Below are positions 1 through 13,560 of a DNA stretch of 64,000 bases, one piece after another. The notes under the pieces were generated by a model. The model was not told where the DNA came from, searched no databases, and saw only the letters and a program-made list of their open reading frames with translations. Every line of letters begins with the position of its first letter. Position 1 is the first letter of the stretch. A program made the position numbers and the translations under genes. Origin of the DNA: Vicugna vicugna (taxonomy: Eukaryota); the NCBI GenBank assembly GCA_013265495.1, contig MU057503.1, forward strand, positions 372,001 to 436,000. Direction: 5' to 3'.

Positions 1-158
1 ACATGGATGACTTGCAGAAGTTGGGAGTCATATTGCACAGTGCGGTTTCCGTCCCTATAAGTTCAGATGCATCCCCTTTCATTCTTCCATCTTATACTGA
101 AGCAGTTTTGACAAGTTTACAGGAAGCTGTACTTACAGCTTTAGATGTTCTCCAAAAG
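1..158 (+). CDS. MON2: MON2 coding exon, 5' part outside the window (...[52 protein letters not shown])
   Basis: Open frame from position 3, 52 codons, ending at donor AAG|GTAACA (158/159). The peptide matches my recollection of the MON2 C-terminal region. Confidence 0.95.
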
Positions 159-2952
159 GTAACACAAATTTAGTGGCTATCTAAGCTATAATGCATATGG
201 TTCTCTGGAATTTTTTTTACTTTGCTGTACATTTTGGGGAGTCAATTCTGGACCATCAAGGTTGGTATATATGTATACTTTGGGATAAATTCAGGGTCAT
301 AAAGATCCAGTTATCTTTAATACTTGTGTTTTTCTAATATATTTAAAAAGATAACCCAGGTTTGTCTTGAGAGTCTAAGAAACTGCCTGCATTCTCTTGT
401 TTCTATTCACCAGCATTTTTGGTTTGTTCATGCAACACTTCACAAGAGGATATGCTTTTTGGAATGGCAACTTTAGTAAAGTACTTCTATAATTAGAAAG
501 TTACTAAGCAGTAGGATTATATTTTGGATTTTTTTCATCTGTACTTAAATTAGCTCTTCAATTGTTGGAAGCCTATATTTTTTAAAAAAGAAGGTAAGAG
601 TAAGTTTATAAAGTATTTTTCTCACAGACATTTTTTAAAAATATTTTTTTACCTATGTGTGTTTTGTTCCTGCAAAAAAAAAATTATTAAACAGACCGAA
701 AAATTATTAAGCAGAGTCTAAGCAAGCAAGACCAGATCAAAAAGAATTCTTTAAACTATCAAGGTAATTGCTAGCACAATTCACAACAACCAAAATGCTA
801 AACAAACAGATAAAAATAGCCAGCAATCCTAACAAAGTAGCTATGACATTCCAACAAAATTAGAATGAAACTTGATTCTGATTACACACGTTTTCAGTAG
901 TCATTTGTGTACTGCAGATTCTGTTTTCTGTTTAAGTGATTGCATTATGTCCAACTGGAATGATGAGAACTTTCATAGTAAGAATGGTGGTTTCTGCTAT
1001 AGCATAATACCTCTTAACTGACTGAAGGAAGTCTAGCTGAGCAGTAATTCCTTGGTCTCTTTAACTCTAGTTACACCTGCAGAGGAACAAATTGTGTAGA
1101 AACTTGTAAGTACAAGAGAATCTGGCACTTAAGAAATTTATTGTAGGGATATCAGTTTTCCACAATTGAAATCAAAGGACATACTTCTATTTTCAGTAGC
1201 GGGGTTGGGGGGAAGGTAGCCTGTCAGTAATTACTTTTTTCTCCTTGATTGACTGTGAATATAAATTGCTTATAGACTGCTGTCGAGGGAGTGGAAAAGT
1301 TATTCTATCAGAAAAAGAAAGCATAAGCCTTGTGGGCTGCCCATAATCGAGAACTCTCACTCAGGTGTTTAATTCAAGTCTTTGTATATGTGTAGAGCAT
1401 TATAAACAAACGAAAAACACAGATCCCAAAAATTCATTTAAAGGAATGAAAGTATATAATTTTATTTTTTAAACAAACTTCTGCTTTAGCAGTAAGAGAA
1501 CAAATAGAGTCATTCACTCCAACTACTAGGAGTTTATTCTGAGCTTTTAATGAAAGCAACGTGTATCTTTAATTGGAACCTTAGAAAGCTTTATTGTTGT
1601 TCATTTATACCAGTTGATATCATTTTGCATTACTAATTTTCACTCTAACCATTGTGTATTACTTATATGATTATCTAAATGGTATTTCATAACACTTAAA
1701 TGTGGTTCAGTCATTTGAGGTCTTTAATATTTCCTAAGAGAAAAATTAGCATATTTCATTATTAATAAGAGTGTTTTTGTATTTCCCCCCACAGTGTCAG
1801 AAAATTTTTTCACCAGCAAAATTTACTTGCTTTGGGACTATTTTTATACTAATAAGCTATTCTGCAAAACATCTTATTGATTAAAAGCTATTTTCTTTCC
1901 TAAAGGAAAAACTCATTTCTGATTTCGTGTTTACCCTTACATTGTTTACGGCTTAAGGGTCATAATCTTCTCCTCTTGGTTTTCATGTCACTAGTTCTCA
2001 GCCAAAATGACTTAGTCATGTATGCTTATTTATCTATTTATTTATTTTGGCCAAGATACTTTGACATACATGGGGGACCTGAGAATTTGATTATCTGCTT
2101 TCCCTAAGTTCTGAGATCAGGCGACTGCATCTGTCTGTTTATTGCTAAACTTCCTAAAGTCAGATGTCTGGATACGTTACCTGCCTCCACGATCAAGGCT
2201 GCTGGAGCGGTACTGCAGGAGACACTATCACATAGTGTGTGAACGGTGCCCTTGGAGGTGTGCAGTGAAGCTGTCTTCCACTTAATAGGGGCGAGTTTCT
2301 GACTCTCTCTTGACTTCAGCCTCCTCATCTATAAAAGGAAAATAATGTCTACAGCTTTTTTCCCCCTGTTAAATGGGATAGTATTTGTAAGGCATTTAGT
2401 GCTCGGCACAGTTAAACACTCACTAAATGTTAGCTGTTACCATCTTCAGTATCAAGTTCTCTGTCAAAGACGTAGTACATGGTAGGCATGGAATGAATTA
2501 TTTTAAATGACTTAAGAAGAGAAACCTTGAACCTAGAGGTTGGATATCCAGTTCTTTTCTTGTTTACACATACACAGTTTTCAAGCACTAGTAGGAAATC
2601 CTGTCCAGGTTGCTTATCAGCTTTTAGCTTTTGGACCAAAATCTGTTACTAGATTTGTACTATAGGCTTTTCTGAAAAACTTCGGAATACAAAAGAAAAG
2701 CGAATAATAACCTTCTTAGATAAAGTTTGTTTAAAAAAGAAAAAAATCGGTCCCGTATTATGCATTTAAGATCCCAGAATTCAACCATAACACTATTACT
2801 ATGTTTTTTGTTTGGGTTTTTTTTTTTTAAGTAAAGGGCCACTAAAGATAAAAACATATAGTCCAGGTCACTATTTGCTGGTAAGGTATTTCCAGAAAAA
2901 TTTTGATACTTAGTTTTTTTAGGTATTCACACAGACTTTTTCCTTCTTTCTT

Positions 2953-3043
2953 TTTTTCTTTTTTTAAATGGAGGTACTAGGGATTGAATCCAGGACCTTG
3001 TTCATGCTAAACGTGCACTCTACCACTGAGCTAGACCCTTGTC
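2953..3043 (-). mobile_element. Short tRNA-derived SINE (camelid Vic-1-like)
   Basis: Reverse complement shows A box TAGCTCAGTGGTAGAG, B-box-like GGATTCAATCCC and a poly(A) tail; TSD CCTTCTTTCTT at 2942-2952 and 3044-3054. Confidence 0.85.
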
Positions 3044-4456
3044 CCTTCTTTCTTGCTCTCTCTCTCTCTTTTTTTTTTTTAGTCATTGCAAATAAAAGAA
3101 TTCACTAAGGATAATTATCTCTTTTCCACAGTAATTGCTACTTGTTTACTTCTAAGAGTTAAGACTCAACAAGAAGTTAATAAAAACTGTATAACTATTA
3201 GAAGTAGTTAGTAGAATTTTTTTAGGCTGTGTACCTTTCAAGTTCTCCATTCACTGCTTCTGAGAAAAGTAACTAAATATTGAGAGATGGTATTAGATAT
3301 GTTTGTTCTAATTTTTCACATAATCATAGGATGATCTGCTGTAGGGATGGGCAGTGCTTTGCTTAGCTACTTTATATCTCAAGATAGTTTTATCTAAAAC
3401 TTGTAAAGCTAAATGGCTACCTCTTCTCTGAGGGAACATAAAACTAGTCTATTATCTGATAGGTTAAAAAAACCCATGATCGCAGGAAAATAAAATGTAC
3501 TTTTAGAAGAAATTCCTTAAAATTTTGAAGTGCTCTGAATTTATATTTGAAGGTACCTCAAGTGTAGAATGATCATGCTTTTTGTTTTGTAAAGCACACA
3601 TATATTTTAGATACTTCATAAATAATATCATTAAATATTTTTCCTTCAGAGAAAAACAAATACCAAAAAGGGAAATATGAAAGAATGGGAGGAGAAAAAT
3701 ACATTTGTGGCTAGAATAAAATAAAGACATAAGATTTATTTTAGATACTTTCAACATAATGGAAGTAATTAAAATTTGCAGTGTCAGAATATGTATTTTA
3801 TTCTTTGTTTTATGAAATTATATGTAGCTGTAAGTTTATTCCTATTTAAAAATTTTTTTTGTTTTAAATGAAGTCTATATATTCAGATATATTAGACACT
3901 AAATATGCACTGCCTTGTTAAAAATTAATGTATACATCTCTTTTAGAAACAAATTTTCATTCAAGACTTATTTTCCCAACTGTAATGAACATGATTATTT
4001 GTTAAACTCTGTAGACCAGGCATGATGCAGGAATCAGCTGTTGTTTCAATGAACTGATGTCATCACTTAAGTAGAAGTCAATACCATGTTGGTCAGTGAA
4101 AAGCATTCTTAATGGTCTACTGGCTATATTACTGAATAAGTGATTAGATTGTGGAACCTCAGAACTACTTGGGACCAACTTCTCTTTAAAACCTTGCCCT
4201 TTATTTAGTCTACTAAGTAATAAGTCATACTTATAATTAGAAAATATTTTTAGCTGATTAATATATTTAGCCTACACTCCATTCAATAACAGTTTAAAAT
4301 AGCTTAAATGTCTTTCAGGTCTTATAAAAATTGTATAATAGTTAAACATAAAATAGGATAATCTTTAAGATTGTTTGGTTAAACAAATGAATATGCAGTA
4401 AATAACTTAATGGAGTTCAGATTATGCATTCTACTGTTCATGTATTGTTTTTATAG

Positions 4457-4600
4457 GCCATCTGTGTAGGACCAGAAAACATGCAGATAATGTATCCAGC
4501 TATATTTGACCAGTTACTGGCATTTGTAGAATTTTCCTGTAAACCTCCACAGTATGGACAGCTGGAAACAAAACACATTGCAAATGCAAAATATAATCAG
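4457..4600 (+). CDS. MON2: MON2 coding exon ([48 protein letters not shown])
   Basis: Acceptor tttttatag|GCC, donor CAG|gtaatt; 144 nt, phase 0-0. Confidence 0.95.
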
Positions 4601-5217
4601 GTAATTTACTATAAATTTTATTTACTCTGTAAAATTTCATGGCTTATAGTCAGTTCCACTTAAGATGAACTTTGGTTATCTCAGGAGTTTTTCATTCACA
4701 AACTTTCATATGTTTGTTAACATTTTAAGCTGGAAAAAGAAAAACACTATTTGGAAGACCTTTTCTGGGTTCCTTTTTTATTCTTTATTACTTTCCTTTC
4801 CCAAGTAGTTCTCTATGAAGTTTGACCTTTCATGTTACTCTGCAGTACATCTTTCTTCAAAGTTCCTTTCTTGGAGTCCCCATCCCACTAAAAAATGGTT
4901 CTCCATCCCTAAGCCAAATCTTACCTAAAATAGATACCTGTAATACAAAATGAAGAAATCTTTGTATACTAAATAAGGAATTGTCTACTACTGGTGTGAA
5001 ATTTAGTTGGATTTTACATAAAAGATTTTTATAGCCATAATTGGCAAATTTTAACTTTGTTTTGGCTTAGGGGAAAAGTAAATTTCTGAATGCATGCACA
5101 TGCTGATTTTGTTCACTCAACATAAAAATTATAATTTTACATGGTCCGAAAAGTAGTTTTAATGTGTATTAACTTTTCTCATTCTATTTGTCTTGCAACA
5201 CAATGGAATCACAATAG

Positions 5218-5235
5218 ATCCAACTATTTGCACCG
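5218..5235 (+). CDS. MON2: MON2 18-nt microexon (IQLFAP), probably alternatively spliced
   Basis: acaatag|ATCCAACTATTTGCACCG|gtgagt: strong donor, frame-preserving. It links ...KYNQ and AEWVAL... as in the long MON2 isoform as I recall it. Confidence 0.9.
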
Positions 5236-5523
5236 GTGAGTTAAATTTCCTAAAATTGTCCTAACCTATTGACAACAAATAGAATACATCTTTCCCAGTT
5301 CTTGATAGAATGCTCTATGTACTTTTTCCTATAGTTTTAATTTTTGCCTGGCTGAAAATTACTCTTCCATGAAGTACGTATCTCTTTGAAAACTTTGCAT
5401 GTAATATAATCTGACCTCAAACCAAGGCCTGAACGTTAAGACAAAGAAGCTTTCTCTGAAAACAATATGATTTCATTTAATCTCATTTTTATTTTAACTC
5501 TATGTGAAAATATTACTTTCTAG

Positions 5524-5652
5524 GCGGAATGGGTAGCCTTGAATTATGTACCATTTGCTGAAAGGTCTTTAGAAGTAGTTGTGGATTTATACCAAAAAAC
5601 AGCCTGTCACAAAGCAGTGGTGAATGAGAAAGTACTCCAGAATATTATTAAG
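5524..5652 (+). CDS. MON2: MON2 coding exon ([43 protein letters not shown])
   Basis: Acceptor actttctag|GCG, donor AAG|gtatct; 129 nt, phase 0-0. Confidence 0.95.
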
Positions 5653-7769
5653 GTATCTTTTTTATTTTAATTTCTATACTTTCATTTAATGATGACAGTA
5701 TTATTGAAATTACTCTTTAGGTAATAATATATTATCATACATTGCGATGAATGGAAAGTTCAATTTATGTTACTACTTATAGTGACTTTTCTCCAATAAT
5801 CATGGATATTATTTAGGAAGCTATTTTTCTAAAGCATGAGGTTTCTTTAATGAAAAATATTTTAAAGTAAGCATGCATTCGATTTTGTACAATTCTTAAA
5901 TATTGCCGCATAAGACAATGAGGGTCCTGTTTCTTAGGACAGTACTGCTCATACCTTGAGGGTGATGAGCATTCAGGAAAGGTTCACAAGGCAGCCTGTG
6001 GATTTAACTGATCGTGCATACTGACTTGCTTTTTAAAGGCAGTTCCTCAGTGCCTGGGCAGTCATTAAAATTCATCTCTTGCTGACTGTCCTCTTCCTCC
6101 AAAGGTTATTTTCTGCTTTTTCTTCTGTTTTGAAGGACAAACCTAAACCTTGCTCTTCCTCTAGTATGTAGATGTGCCTTTGATTTCCTAGACGATTACA
6201 GGCTGATTGAACTCTCTTCCCCTCAAGGAAGAAGGCGTCTCTCTTTTCCGAGGCTCATCCCTCTCTTTGTGTTCATCCTTTTCTCTTCCCACCTTTCTTT
6301 GTTGGTGATTCTTTCATTTTTCTTTCAGCCTCTTATACTTTATCCTGGAAAGATGATTAAGCCTTTTATACAAGAACTTTCTACTCAAATTGCCATTCTC
6401 TTTCAGCTTTCCTTTGCTTCCAAACTCCTTTAAACAGCTTGTGACCTTCACATAGCCACCACTTCCTCTAACCTGTTGCATGTTGCTTCACGGCCATATT
6501 GTGCTATAGAAACTACTTACTTGAAGTTACAGAAGACCAAATTGTCAAATCCTAAACCCTTTTCTAATTCTTTATCTTCCCTGTAACATGGTACTGTTCC
6601 TGCCTTCTTAAAATTCTTTCTTCCTTTGATTTTTGCCATACTTCTTTCTACCCCTCACCACTCATCCCATCAAAACTGTCCTCTCCTCCTTTATTGAGAA
6701 TTATTTTTAAGCACTTCTGTTGCCAGGTACCAACAAGTAGTAGAGATTTAAAATGAATAAATAATCCATATACTTAATAATTCAATAAGGATCTATAAAA
6801 AGGCAAACAAATAACAATGCAGTGTATTAAGTACTAAGTGAAGACCACAGAGCGGAGGCAGCTTTGTGTTCAGATAGACCTGGCTTAGCATAGTGCACTG
6901 CTGTGTACCTGCTTCTCTGTGATTTTTGGTCAAATGAACCTGAGAGTTTTTCTCATCTGTAAAAGAAGAAGAGTACCAATACTGCTTTCATATCAATCTT
7001 TAAAAAAACTAGTTGAGATACAGCATTTAATGATACTTGCTAAATAGTCAATTCTGGATAAAAAGATCCCCCCTCCCCTTCTTCCCCAAATAGACAAGGA
7101 AATAACTTAACTGCCTAGGGGATCTTGGCAGGGAATAACAGAAGTAACACTTGAAGAAGGAGTAATAGAGTTTGCTAGGTTAAAAGGGAGAGGGAAGTAT
7201 TCTAGATAGATTAAGCAATGTAAAAGATGAGATCATGATATATTTTCAAAGAAATACTGAGAAATCCCATTTAGGGAGGGTGATAGGGTTTGGAATAGTT
7301 CTGAAAAAGTGGCTGTGGGTCTTAAAAGCCATCAGAAAGAATCAGACATTGTTCTTTAACTATTGAAGGATTGAGCATGGAGGAGTGACGTGAATCAGTT
7401 TGTATTTTTAAAGGAATTAAATAATCCCTTTTCTGTATTCCTAAACACTTTGTTGATGCCACTTACTACATTGTATTGTGGTTAATTTGACAAGGCTCTT
7501 TCTTTCTGTGAGCTTTGTGACAGCAAGAACTGAGTTTCCCAGTTCCACGTACATTTATGAATATATACTATATGCCCATCCTTGTATTAGTTACTTAAAT
7601 ATTAAAAAAAATGTATAAATCATATATCTCTGCTGGATTTAACATTCCCTTGATTTCAGTAAAATATTAATTGCAGTAGTAAACCATCCATTTCTTTTAT
7701 CTAATCTTGAGTTATAGGGTGTTAGTTTAGAGTGGCCAGTGTATAATTTATTATTCTTTTGTTTGCATG

Positions 7770-8006
7770 TGATATACATTCAAGCTGTGACCAGCTTTAA
7801 CAAAAAAGGTCATTTATTGGCATGCTTAGTTGGAAAATTCGGAGATAGAGGAAGGGCTTAATGACTTATTGATCCAGTGGTTCAGCGCCATCACCAAAAA
7901 CCAAGTTTTTCTCTCCCTCTTGTGCTTTTTAAGGGTTCACTGCATCCTAACTACATTTCTCCTCATAGTTGTAGGCTAATAAAGGAATTAGATGTCAGTA
8001 GCAGGG

Positions 8007-8050
<44 letters not shown>

Positions 8051-8250
8051 CACATTTTCTTCTTAAGCTCCTAAAATTAACCTTAGGTGACCCAGCTTTG
8101 GTCCCATGCCCAGTCTTGCACCAGTGATTATGGCCAGAGAAATGGGGTAGTTCGATTGGCTTAACAAGCTAATCATCCCCTTACCCTAATTCCCAACTGG
8201 ATGGGGGAAAGGGGAAGGAGTAAATAGACCCTGGGTGGGCTAACTACTTG
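7770..8250 (-). mobile_element. Old MaLR LTR (MLT1J/K-like) containing a (TG)n repeat
   Basis: Degenerate MLT1-type motifs (catttattggc...; ggtcccatgcccagtc...gattggc). Confidence 0.5.
8008..8048. repeat. (TG)20 microsatellite
   Basis: Directly visible. Confidence 0.98.
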
Positions 8251-9298
8251 ATGGTGGAGGCCCATTTCATGCTAATATGTAATGGTTCATATGTTCACCA
8301 TGCGACTGTGTAATACTAGTTTGTGTGGATGATGCTGAAATTAGGTTTTATGTTCACTCCATAACACTGAAATATGAAAATGTATCTCTTCTACTTTTTC
8401 TTTTTCTCATTTATATAAAAACAGAATTCTCACTCTAATGCAAATTACCAGATGATATGCTGAAACTATTTATTGATGGTGTGCTTGGATAGCTCACTGT
8501 GGTAGTTTGGTCAGTCTAGTCTTCTAGTTGGTGGATAGAACTATGACCAGAGAAATTCATTCTGAACCACCAAATTAGTTCTTTAATGATTAACAGCAAC
8601 CTGTCTCAAAAGTTGACCAATTAAAAAGTAAGTCTCAATATTTTAGTCACCATCTGTAGTTCAGATGCTCTGCTGCTGTATCCTCAAAGGTTAAAGATAA
8701 ACTATGTTCTTGAATTACTGATTTTTTTTCAAATATTTGGAAAAGGAAAAAAGTATATTAAAATGTTAGTGTAGAATATAAAATTCAAGGAATTTTAAAG
8801 GTAAAACATAAGACTTCAAAGTAGTGATGCCCTAGGCCATGTTTACCTAACCGTTAGTGAAAAAATGTAAGCAGTATTGACCTCTCTTTGATGGGAGAAA
8901 CCCCATCGGTCAGATTATTTTCTGCTAGGAGAACTATGGCGGAATGCTCTAATTTTATAACATCAAGTTAGAGAAGCTGCAAAATTGTAAGTTTCCTTAC
9001 TGTTATTCTTACTCTTATTCTAGTTTTTTATGATGAGAAACTGAGGTTCAAAAAGGTTATTACTCATTCAGGGTCATTGTTTATCAAATGGAAATAGGAC
9101 TTAAAAGCACATCTTTCTAGGCAATATGATTTGAAGACCCTGTCTAAGAATTGGTCTTTCTAGAAAATAATATCCTTTTTAATATGAAAATACCTATGTT
9201 ATGTTTTTCTCTCAGCAGTAGTTTTTTCTTTTTTTTAAGTAAAGTTGTATGTGTATGTTTTAATTAGTACCTATCTTAAACTGTCTTTATTTTCACAG

Positions 9299-9489
9299 AC
9301 CCTTAGGGTTCCTCTCAGTTTGAAGTATTCCTGCCCTTCTGAAAGCACATGGAAACTCGCAGTGTCTTCTCTCCTCAAAGTTCTTTCTATTGGGTTACCA
9401 GTTGCCCGGCAGCATGCTTCTTCTGGAAAATTTGACAGTATGTGGCCAGAACTAGCCAACACTTTTGAAGACTTTCTCTTTACTAAAAG
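9299..9489 (+). CDS. MON2: MON2 coding exon ([63 protein letters not shown])
   Basis: Acceptor ttttcacag|ACC, donor AAG|gtcagc; 191 nt, phase 0-2; lies within ORF 9245..9550. Confidence 0.95.
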
Positions 9490-10059
9490 GTCAGCTTATT
9501 CATTTTTACAATTAAGACAGTCTTTCAAGAAATGCAAATTATACCTGTAATTGCCCTAAAAATAGTTTGTCATTATTCATTAGCAAAGTATTTGATTATC
9601 AGGATTACTGGGTTGTATACAAAGCATAACGGGATTAGGCGTGTATCCCCTAGGTACATTATCTGTGAGCGGTGGAGGGTTTTGCTTTCTTCAGTGTTGT
9701 GGGTTGTAAGACTGGAATCTATGTATAAGACCACAGGAATTCATCATAATTGAGGAGCCATGGTTTTAACTTGATGAAGATAAGAGGATCCATTTTAAAA
9801 ATCTGGTGCCCATTTGGCATTACAAGAGGAAAACAATTTGAGAAAATTGAATTTTTTCATGAAAAATAAGATCATTAGTAATAATGAGCAGCTCTTTGGG
9901 ATGTTCCACTTTTGCGAAAAAGAATGGAACTTTCATTGTATAATCTCCAACTGAGGGCATATCTTAAGGATGCTATTTTGACCCTTCTCTGAATCAGAGT
10001 AGGATAGTTGGAACATGGACTAAATTTTTGAATGAGCAACCTGCTGCAGTCCATCTAGA

Positions 10060-10252
10060 GCTGTGCTATCTAATACAGTAGTCACTAGCTACAGTTAATT
10101 TAAAATTTTAATTAAGTCAGCTTAAAAATTCAGTTCTTCAGTCTCACTAGCCATGTTTCAACATTGCCGTGTGTGGCTAGCAGTAGCCATAGTGGACAGT
10201 GCAGATCATTGAACATTTCCATTATCAGAGAAAGTTCCTTTGGGCAACACTG
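10060..10252. mobile_element. MER3-like hAT-Charlie DNA transposon
   Basis: ctgtgctatctaatacagtagtcactagc...aacatttccattatcagagaaagttc...ggcaacactg matches the MER3 pattern. Confidence 0.75.
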
Positions 10253-11374
10253 ATCTAAAATGTGCCATTTTATTAAAGATGGACTTACCAGTAATAGCTG
10301 TGATAGTCGGGTAGTCTTCAGTAGACTCCTACAATCTAATTTTCCTTTGTACTGTAGTGAAATTCTGTGAAAAATTTTTCTATTTTTGTATCCATTAATC
10401 ATTTTTTAAAGCTATAGAATGATGAATATGTCATGTACTGCTATGTAACTGTTTTAAATCGTTAGTTTAAAAGCACTTAAATTATAAATTTGCTATACTT
10501 GAAGGAAAAAAACCTACATTGGCACATTGATAATGATCAGATGAGCCCATAACAGAATGATTTAACTGAAGAAGAGATTCTGTCTACCTTTCTAATGTGG
10601 TTTAGTTATTTAGTAAAGAAAAGTTGTAGGGTGCAGAAGGTTAACTTGCAGTTTCTCTACAAAAGCTTATCTGATATTTCAGAACTGAGAATAATGACAT
10701 GTGATCCTAATTTCTGTTTCTGTAAATCATCAGATTTTGTTTTGCTTTATTCTTATATACTTCTCCACTCTAGAAAGTTTATTGATACCAATGCAAGAAC
10801 ACTCTTTTTATTTACAGGAAAATCATCGTAACTTACAAAGCATATTCAAACAAATTGTTTTCATCTTTAAAATAACCCTGAATATTTGAGTTCCTTTATG
10901 GACTTTGTTGCCTAAGTCACTGTGTTAATTTGTATGAAGCAAACAGATGTAGAAATTTAAACTTTTCTTTTTCTTTCTCAATTATTTGTCTGTATAAGCA
11001 TGTTTCCCTATTAATAAATTGAATAAGCTTAGATCAGGCTTTTTGCTATGATTGAAACATCTTGAAGAATTTCTTTTCCTGTGGCTGTCTTTCCACCATC
11101 TTCCTTATTCTCAAGTTTCTTACTGAACATTCTTCATTTTCCAAACTTTGTTCTTGTTTTATTAAATTCAGTCTCTTAAGTACTTTTATGTGTACAAGAA
11201 AGTAGATAGGGAAACAAAGGCCTAATACTAGGTAGTTTACCTTTTATGTAATTTTGTATTAATGCAGTTACAGTATAATTTCATTACAGTCTTTTGCCTA
11301 AGGCCCTACACACATTAAAGGTTTGAGTATACTGGGGATGTTGAAAAATCACGTTGTTTAAGACACAGTTAACA

Positions 11375-11620
11375 TAGTGGCTGAGAGCCCTGTCTTGGGA
11401 ATCAAACTACTTGGATTCAAATCCCAGCCATCTAACTTTGGATCTGTGTATTTTGGATGAGTTATGTATCTTACAGTGACACATTTTCCTCATCTGCTAA
11501 AGAGGAATAATAATACTACCTAAATCATAGGGCTATTGTGAGGATTAAGTCACTTAAGTTAAATGATTGCTTATAATAGTTCCTGGAATGTATATGCTTT
11601 TATTAAAATGCTTGCTACCA
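11375..11620 (+). mobile_element. MIR SINE
   Basis: ggattcaaatcccagc...tttcctcatctg...aataata...gtgaggattaa core. Confidence 0.75.
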
Positions 11621-11703
11621 CCGTTATCCTCATTATCGTTACTTCTTTCACTTAAGAGAAACTGACATTATCCATATCCTTTCCCATGAAACAGCCGTAT
11701 TTT

Positions 11704-11809
11704 ATTGTTTTTATTTTTATTTTTGTTTGTTTATTGGGGGGAGGTAATTGAACCCAGGACCTCATGCATGCTAAGCACGCACTCTCCCACTGAGCTATAC
11801 GTTTCCCCC
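11704..11809 (-). mobile_element. Short tRNA-derived SINE (camelid Vic-1-like)
   Basis: A and B boxes on the minus strand. 15-bp TSD AAACAGCC(G/A)TATTTT at 11689-11703 and 11810-11824, followed by AAA (L1 endonuclease TTTT/AA site). Confidence 0.9.
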
Positions 11810-13046
11810 AAACAGCCATATTTTAAACTAAAAATTTACCAACCAAAACTCTTAAGTAACTGGGACTAGGAAATTTACCTCTAAATTTGGAGTTGTTTTT
11901 AATGATTAGAAAAAAATTAAGGTACTAAATTCTAGTATCAAGTGACAGAATCAGTGTTCTAAGTTGTGGTTATTCTAGTTACAGATTTAAGTCTTCTACT
12001 CTATGAAGAAATAGAAAGATACCCTGTATTGAGAGCCAGGAAACCTGTGGCCTGCTCTTGACTCTGCCACCTACTTTCTGTTCACCTTGGTCATTTCCTC
12101 TCACTAGGCATCATTTTTTTAAATTGTAAGACCTAAATTCATTGATTTGACTAGTCGTAGAAGTCTGCAATTATTTTACGTATTTTGACTTAATATTTTA
12201 ATTAGTGTTTTTAATTGAATAGCTTATGTGGATAAAGCCAGTTTACTTTTTATTTCATAGTCCAAAAATACTTTAAGGCTCATATTGAATGCTTTCATTG
12301 GTTAATTGATACTAAAAATGCAGTGCTCACTAAGAGAACTTAAAAACCATGCACATTTTCACAGCTTCATGAGAAGATTTTGTCTTTGTTTTTGTTTTCC
12401 AAATACTTATTACTTTGGAAAATCACAAACTGTTGGACTTTAAATTTTACTTTATGCCACATGTATACTGTGTTCTATAATTGAAGTCTGTAGTAGTAGT
12501 ATTTGAACAGTAGGAAGAGTGTTTCGGGATTTTGATCGAAATAGAAAGACTTAGGTTTTTGTTTTTGTTTTAAGACTTAGGTTTTTAAATAATACTAGTA
12601 TTTGAGTGTTTTTTGTTTTACACTGGAAAATGTATAAGTCTTTTAATCTAATTACTATTACTCTAAGACTCCGTGAATAACCGTATCTTTCTCTGTGGTA
12701 TTTTCCAACTGTTTATGGTTTGCAGCTGCTTTCACAAAGCAGTACAAAATAACAAAGAAAACAAATAAAAGCAAAATCAACTAGAAGAAAAGAAAGGCTT
12801 TGGACATCATTGAGGGCTATCATAAGTGGATGAATTGTTAAAATGAGTGAAAGAAAAACAGTTAAAAATGAGAAGCATAAGGACAGTAATCTGGTGGACA
12901 CTTGATATTTATTAGGAATTCATTCAGCTGCCCTTTAAGTACCAAAACATGGTACTTGTCCTCTAGAAGACACGTATTTCCACTTGTCCTCTAGTGGAAA
13001 TGCGTACAATCAGTGGTCCCTGGAACTTAAGTTAAAAACTACAGTA

Positions 13047-13560
13047 CTACCCAAAAGAATTGAAATGAAACATGTTCACACAAAAACTTGTACACTGATG
13101 TTTATAAGCAGCATTATTATAATAGCCAAAAAATGAAAACAATCCAAATGTTCATCAACTGATGAATGGATAAATTAAATGTGGTATATACATCCATACA
13201 GTGGAATATTCAGCCATAAAAATGAATGAAATACTGATGCATGTTACAACATAGATGAATCTTGAAAATGTTATGCTAAGTGAAAGAACCCAGACACAAA
13301 AGGCCATATGTTATATGATCTCATTTATGTGATATATCCAGAATAGCAGATCCGTAGAGACAGAGATTAGATTAATGGTTACCAGAGGTGGGAGGAGGGT
13401 AGAGTAGGGAGTGACAACTAATGAGTTTTTTTTGGGGGTGATGAAAATATTCTAGAATTAGAAATGATGATCATTGCACAACTTTGTAAATATACTAAAA
13501 AGCACTGAATTATACAATTTAAAAGTGAATTTTTTGGTGAAAGAATTATATCTCAAAAAA
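13047..13560 (+). mobile_element. Old L1 (L1MB/ME-like) 3' end
   Basis: End of ORF2 (aatagccaaaaa...gatgaatggataaa) and a typical 3' UTR with an A tail. Confidence 0.8.
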
